From: Spirochaetia bacterium | GTDB lineage: Bacteria; Spirochaetota; Spirochaetia; SZUA-6; Bin103 | NCBI GenBank assembly: GCA_965199955.1 | Contig: CBDATQ010000001.1 | Location: forward strand, 800,001 to 864,000 | DNA: 64,000 nt | Direction: 5' to 3' | In this document: positions 59,067-64,000 of the stretch, piece by piece | Numbering within the stretch: position 1 is the first letter of the stretch | Layout of the letters: each line of letters begins with the position of its first letter | Notes under the pieces: generated by a model | Database searches by the model: none | The model's input: only the letters and a program-made list of their open reading frames with translations | What the model was told of the DNA's origin: nothing | Program-made: the position numbers and the translations under genes

Positions 59067-60899
59067 GTGGTGAGCTTTCACCATGTATCCAAGCATTACG
59101 GTGGCCATGATGTCCTGACGGGTGTCTCGTTCCAGATCAATCCCGGCGACCGGGTAGGGCTGATCGGGGCGAACGGCGTCGGCAAGTCCACGGTCCTGCA
59201 CCTGCTGCTGGGCGCGCAGCGGCCCAGCGCGGGCAACGTCGTGGTGGGCCTCGACCTCAAGATCGGGCACGTTCCGCAGCAGTTGGAAGCCCCGACGGCG
59301 ATGAAGGTGCGGGACTTTCTGCTGGGTCAGGTGGCGCCCGTGGAGGAGGCGCTGCGGGCTGCCGAGCGCGCCCTTGCGGAGGCCGCCGACCGGCAGATGG
59401 CCGATGCCCTGCAGCGCTACCAGTCGGCCCGGGATCGCTATGACGCGGCCGGCGGCGACCAGGCCGGCTGGCAGGCCGATCGCGTCCTGCAGCACGTCGG
59501 ACTGACCCACGCGGGCGCGGCGACCGTGGGGCAGCTCTCCGGCGGCGAACGGAGCCTGCTGGCGCTCGCCCGCGCGCTGATGATGGACCCGGGGCTGCTG
59601 GTCCTGGACGAGCCGGGCAACCACCTGGACTACGCCGGCCTGGAGTGGCTGGAGGAGGCGCTCGTCACCTTTGCGGGAGCCGTGCTGCTGGTGTCGCACA
59701 ACCGCCGCCTGCTCGACCGCACCGTCACGCGCATCCTGGAGCTCAAGGGAGGCGGCGTCCGGGAGTACGCGGGGAACTACTCCGACTACCAGTTGACGCG
59801 GTTGCAGGCACTGGTGGCCCAGCGGGCCGACTACGTCGCATCGCAGAAGCGGCTCGCCCAGCTCAAGGCGCTGGTCGCCCGCCTGGCTGCCATCGCATCG
59901 GTGCGCACCGACAAGGCGCACGGCAAGCGCCTGCGGGCGCGGCGCACTCAGCTCGCGCGGGAGGAGAACCGGGCCGTGGCGCGGCCCGTCGTGAGGGACG
60001 CGGCCGTCTCCGTGGTGCTGCCGGAGGCCGAGAGCCGGGCGAACGTCGCGCTGCAGGTGATCGGCTACGACCGGAGCTTCGGCGACCGCGTGCTGTTCCG
60101 GGACGCCTACCTGGAGATCGCCTGCGGCGAGCGGCTCGCGCTGGTCGGTCCGAACGGGTGCGGCAAGAGCACCCTGCTGCGCGACATCGTCGCGCGCGGA
60201 GACTGGGAGCACCCGGTGCTGCGGGTCGGTCCGAGCCTGACGATCGGCTACTGCGCCCAGCACCAGGAGACGCTGGAGGAGGATCGGACGATCCTGGAGG
60301 CCTTCCTCGCCATGGGTCTGGGGAACCGGCAGGCGGTCCTGGCTGCGTTGAGCGGATACCTGTTCGGGTGGGACGACCTGGACAAGCCGGTAGGAGCCCT
60401 GTCCGGAGGAGAGCGCAACCGTCTGCAACTCGCCGCCGCGGTCCAGCGCAAGGCCAGCTTCCTGATCCTGGACGAGCCGACCAACCACATGGACATCCCC
60501 TCATGCGAGGCGATCGAGGACGCGCTGGTCGACTACTCCGGCACCGTCCTGGTGGTCAGCCACGACCGCTACCTGCTGGACAAGGTCGCCACCGCCGTGG
60601 TCGAGGTCCGCGATCACGGGCTGCATCGATTCGCCGGCGGCTTCTCCGAGTACTGGGCGCGGCGCAAACGGCGCGAGAGTCCGGCGGTCCCGGCCGGCGA
60701 CGGGCGCAAGCGGCATCCGGTCGAACCATCGATGGAGGCCCGCATCGAGCGCTTGGAGAGTGAGAAGGAGGAACTGGAGCGTCAGGTCTCCCAGGCCCTG
60801 CAGTCCGGCGATCGCGCTGCCGAGCGGCGCCACACCGCTCGCCTCCAACGCGTGGTCCGCCAGATCGACCGTCTGTATGAGGAGTGGGCCGGCAGTTGA
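59067..60899 (+). CDS. ABC-F family ATP-binding protein
   Basis: Two NBDs (GANGVGKST, LSGGE, LDEPGNHLD; GPNGCGKST, LSGGE, LDEPTNHMD), no TM segments, C-terminal coiled coil. Confidence 0.92.
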   Translation: MVSFHHVSKHYGGHDVLTGVSFQINPGDRVGLIGANGVGKSTVLHLLLGAQRPSAGNVVVGLDLKIGHVPQQLEAPTAMKVRDFLLGQVAPVEEALRAAERALAEAADRQMADALQRYQSARDRYDAAGGDQAGWQADRVLQHVGLTHAGAATVGQLSGGERSLLALARALMMDPGLLVLDEPGNHLDYAGLEWLEEALVTFAGAVLLVSHNRRLLDRTVTRILELKGGGVREYAGNYSDYQLTRLQALVAQRADYVASQKRLAQLKALVARLAAIASVRTDKAHGKRLRARRTQLAREENRAVARPVVRDAAVSVVLPEAESRANVALQVIGYDRSFGDRVLFRDAYLEIACGERLALVGPNGCGKSTLLRDIVARGDWEHPVLRVGPSLTIGYCAQHQETLEEDRTILEAFLAMGLGNRQAVLAALSGYLFGWDDLDKPVGALSGGERNRLQLAAAVQRKASFLILDEPTNHMDIPSCEAIEDALVDYSGTVLVVSHDRYLLDKVATAVVEVRDHGLHRFAGGFSEYWARRKRRESPAVPAGDGRKRHPVEPSMEARIERLESEKEELERQVSQALQSGDRAAERRHTARLQRVVRQIDRLYEEWAGS

Positions 60900-60912
60900 C
60901 TCACCGTGGCGT

Positions 60913-62730
60913 CTATCGGGTTTCTGTACGAGCCGGCGGCGTCAGAGTCAGGGATGGGTCGACCTCTCCGCCGACGAGCGGTCCCCGCTCACGCGTAAGG
61001 CGCTCCCGGAGCGCGGTGGTCGCGGTCGCGTCGAGCCGGCCGGGCTCGTCCAGAACCACCCCGTAGATGTCGCGCGCGTGGGCAGCGGTGATCTTGCCCT
61101 GCACGACATCCTGCCGCACCGCCTCCGGGTCGCGCTCGAGTGGGTCTCCGTAGCCGCCACCGCCCGGTTGAACCAGCCGGTAGACGTCGCCGCGCTTGAG
61201 GGTACGCAGGAACTTGCCCGGCAGCCGTTCGCCGCCGTCGGCGCAGTCCGGGTTGAGCAGGTTGGCGCCGGCCGAGCCGGGTGAGCCGCCCTGGGTGCCC
61301 CAGGGCAGGAAGCGGGCGCGGTCGGAGCGGATCTGCAGGATCGCCTCGTCGTGGGTGACTTCGTACTCGCGTACCAGCCCCAGGCCGCCGCGAAATCGGC
61401 CGGGGCCGCCGGTGTCGGGAACGAAGCCGTAGCGGCGGATGAGCAGCGGCTGCGAGGCTTCGATGGTCTCGATCGGAGTGTTGGCCATGTTGTGCACGGG
61501 CGCGGTCAACCCGTCGGCGCCGTCGGCGTTCGGCCCGCCGCCGCGCGGGCCGTCGTTGTTGAACTCCAGGAACACGAAGGCGCGGCCGTCCGGGTAGTAA
61601 CCGCCGAAGCTGACGCCGAACTCGCCGCCGCCCCAGGCAGCCGGCACCCGGTCGGGCAGGGCCTTGGCCAGCGCCCCGAACACGGCCTGCGCGATGCGGA
61701 AGCCGCCGAGCCCGCGGGCTGCGACCGCGGCCGGGTGCTGAGGATTGACGAAGCAGCCGGGCGGCGCGCTCACAGTGATCGGCCGGAAGAAGCCGGCGTT
61801 GGCGTCGATGGCAGGATCGGTGAGGGTCTTGAGCACGGCGTACACGGCCGAGGTGGTGTAGGGCAGGTTGGGGTTGATGGAGCCGGTCGCCTGCGGCGAG
61901 GTGCCGGCGAAGTCCGCGGTGAGCTCGTCGCCCGCGATGGTCACCTGCACGCGGATCTCGATCGGTTCCGGGCGGATGCCGTCGCCGTCGATGAAGTCGG
62001 AGAAGCTCCAGGCCCCGTCCGGCAGGGCGGCGATCTCGGCGCGGGTGCGCCGCTCGGTGTGCTCGATGATGTCGCCCATGTAGCCGCCGAGCCGCTCGAT
62101 GCCGTGATCGGCGGCGAGCGCCAGCAGGTCCTGCTCGCCTTGCTCCAGGGCCGCCACCTGCGCCAGCAGGTCGCCGTGCACGAGCGACGGCACGCGGACG
62201 TTGCTGCCGATGATCCGCCACACGGCGTCGTTGCGCTGACCGGCGGCAATGAGCTTCAGCGGGGGCAGGCGCAGCCCCTCCTGGTAGATCTCGGTGTTGT
62301 CGCAGGCGTTGCCGCCGGCCACGCGGCCGCCGATGTCGGTATGGTGGGCGATCACACACAGCCAGGCGATGAGCGTGCGTTCGGCGAATACGGGCTTGAA
62401 CAGGAAGATGTCGGGCAGGTGGCTGGCGCCGGAGTAGGGGTCGTTGCTGGCGAGGATGTCCCCCCGCTCGACGTCCCCCTCGAAATGGGCGAGGACGCCG
62501 TCCAGCGCGGGCTGCATGGCCCCCATGTGGAACGGCAGGGTCAGCCCCTGGGCCACCTGCTCGCCGGCGGCATTGAACACGGCGGTGGAGAAGTCCATTC
62601 CGTCCTTGACGACGGCCGAGCGGGCGGTGCGCACCACGGTCACGGCCATGCTGTCGGCGGCGGACACCAGCGAGCTGCGGACGACCTCGCGGGTGACCGG
62701 GTCGCGGGGCGTGGACTGGTCCGCCATCAT
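60913..62730 (-). CDS. Hydantoinase B/oxoprolinase family protein
   Basis: RTARS..VK...DFS, NDPY.G..HLPD, HH.DIGG, EGL, NTPIE, GGGGYGDP. Confidence 0.92.
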   Translation of the reverse strand: MMADQSTPRDPVTREVVRSSLVSAADSMAVTVVRTARSAVVKDGMDFSTAVFNAAGEQVAQGLTLPFHMGAMQPALDGVLAHFEGDVERGDILASNDPYSGASHLPDIFLFKPVFAERTLIAWLCVIAHHTDIGGRVAGGNACDNTEIYQEGLRLPPLKLIAAGQRNDAVWRIIGSNVRVPSLVHGDLLAQVAALEQGEQDLLALAADHGIERLGGYMGDIIEHTERRTRAEIAALPDGAWSFSDFIDGDGIRPEPIEIRVQVTIAGDELTADFAGTSPQATGSINPNLPYTTSAVYAVLKTLTDPAIDANAGFFRPITVSAPPGCFVNPQHPAAVAARGLGGFRIAQAVFGALAKALPDRVPAAWGGGEFGVSFGGYYPDGRAFVFLEFNNDGPRGGGPNADGADGLTAPVHNMANTPIETIEASQPLLIRRYGFVPDTGGPGRFRGGLGLVREYEVTHDEAILQIRSDRARFLPWGTQGGSPGSAGANLLNPDCADGGERLPGKFLRTLKRGDVYRLVQPGGGGYGDPLERDPEAVRQDVVQGKITAAHARDIYGVVLDEPGRLDATATTALRERLTRERGPLVGGEVDPSLTLTPPARTETR

Positions 62731-64000
62731 TCTGCCTCCAGGGTCATGCAGCCGTGATCGGCCGCGGCGGCGCGCCAGCCGGGCGGCACCACCGTGGTCG
62801 AGTCGTATTCCTCGACGATCAGCGGGCCGTTGATGGCGCCGGAGCGCAGGGCGGGACGGTCGACCACGGGCGTGGACAGCCAGCCTTGGCCGGGGCCGAA
62901 GTAGACGCGGCGGTCGGCCGGGGAGTGCGCCGGTCCCGTGGCGGGTAGGTCGCCACTCGGGTCGGTGGCGGCCGGCGAGCGGTCCCGGTCCGCGGCACCC
63001 CGGCCGATCACCCGCAGGCTCACGACGTGCACCGGCTCCGGGACGCTGTAGCCGTAGGTGCGCTGGTGCTCGCGCGTGAAGGCGGACTCGATCGCCGGCA
63101 ACTCCGCGGCGCTGAAGCGCTCGACCGGCAGGTCGACGGTGAGTTCCGAGGTCTGGCCCTCGTACTTCGCGTCCATCTGGATCTGCAACTGCTGCCGGGC
63201 GCCGTCGAACCCTTCGCGGGCCAGCAGCGCCCGGCACTCGCCGCCGATGCGGTCCAGGATCGCGTTGGCCCGCTCCACGTCGATCGCCGCCAGCGGCTGG
63301 TTGAGAGTCTGCACGAAGTGGTGCTCGACCTCCGCGAACAGCAGTCCGAAGGCGCTGAACACGCCGGGCGACCGAGGGACGATCACGCGGGCGATGCCAA
63401 GGCTCGACGCCAGGCCTGCCGCGTGCACGGGACCGCTGCCGCCGAAGGCGATCATCGCGAAGCGCCGCGGGTCGCGCCCGCGCTCGCTGGAAACCGCGCG
63501 CAGCGCCCCGCCCATCTTCGCGTTGGCCAGGGTGTGCACGCCCCAGGCCGCCTCGGTCTCCGTGAGGCCGGCCGGCTCCGCCAGGCGCTCGCGCAGTGCC
63601 GCGCGCGCCCGCTCGGCGTCGATCGGGAAGGTGCCGCCGAGCAGGTGCTCGGGATTCAGGAAGCCCAGCGCCACGTCGGCGTCGGAGACGGTCGGCTCGG
63701 TGCCGCCCGCGCCGTAGCAGACCGGGCCGGGCACCGCGCCGGCGGAGTGGGGCCCGATCTGCAGGCCGCCCGCGCGGTCCACCCAGGCGATGCTGCCGCC
63801 GCCGGCCGACATCTCGGCGATGTCGATGGTCGGCACGCGCAGCACGTAGCCGGCGCCGCGCAGCAAGCGGTGGCCGGCGTTCATGCCGCCGCCCACCTCG
63901 CACTCGGGCGCCAGCAGCACCTGGTTGCCCTCGACGATCGACGCCTTGGCCGTGGTGCCGCCCATGTCGAAGGTGATCAGGTCGGCCTGGCCGAGGCGGG
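62727..64000 (-). CDS. Hydantoinase A/oxoprolinase family protein (5' end lies outside the window)
   Basis: FDMGGTT, AGGGSIA, GP.SAGA.PGP.CY, FGG.GP.HA, GPLIVEEYDSTTV; stop overlaps the hydantoinase B start. Confidence 0.92.
   Translation of the reverse strand, partial: RLGQADLITFDMGGTTAKASIVEGNQVLLAPECEVGGGMNAGHRLLRGAGYVLRVPTIDIAEMSAGGGSIAWVDRAGGLQIGPHSAGAVPGPVCYGAGGTEPTVSDADVALGFLNPEHLLGGTFPIDAERARAALRERLAEPAGLTETEAAWGVHTLANAKMGGALRAVSSERGRDPRRFAMIAFGGSGPVHAAGLASSLGIARVIVPRSPGVFSAFGLLFAEVEHHFVQTLNQPLAAIDVERANAILDRIGGECRALLAREGFDGARQQLQIQMDAKYEGQTSELTVDLPVERFSAAELPAIESAFTREHQRTYGYSVPEPVHVVSLRVIGRGAADRDRSPAATDPSGDLPATGPAHSPADRRVYFGPGQGWLSTPVVDRPALRSGAINGPLIVEEYDSTTVVPPGWRAAAADHGCMTLEAE

Noticed and set aside
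60913..63903. 996-aa ORF, and similar N-terminally extended ORFs (11146..13272, 25523..27898, 29396..31642, 56128..58362, 58377..60899)
   Set aside because: Extensions are off-frame or antisense readings of the neighbouring gene; real starts lie downstream, so these are not fusions

Overview
High-GC (roughly 70% by eye) bacterial window, densely coding, almost all catabolism and transport. It holds four ABC import systems (two CUT1 sugar, one Opp/Dpp, one CUT2 rhamnose-like), five intact PhyH-family Fe(II)/2-oxoglutarate dioxygenases, four SDRs, two clan GH-J propellers, an oligogalacturonate-lyase-like propeller, a sulfatase, sugar kinases, hydantoinase/oxoprolinase genes at both edges, two VapBC-type toxin-antitoxin pairs and an ABC-F protein. 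I saw no rRNA, tRNA, CRISPR array, integrase or transposase, and no dedicated transcription regulator. The gene mix and signal-peptide style suggest a host-associated bacterium, possibly a sponge-symbiont spirochaete; this is inference only. Points worth a second look: (1) two paralogs of an uncharacterised QDxxTGxW alpha-helical family, one in a cluster with a MocD-like oxygenase and one followed by a pseudoknotted RNA with HDV-ribozyme-like helix order; (2) about ten broken genes, several where a 5' end is joined directly to a 3' tail; (3) a GGCCC x4 tract whose loss of one unit restores a PfkB kinase; (4) a single in-frame TGA in a sterol desaturase; (5) a DCXR-like reductase coupled to a xylitol dehydrogenase; (6) repeated leaderless-promoter signatures. 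All family calls come from reading motifs by eye, not from database searches.
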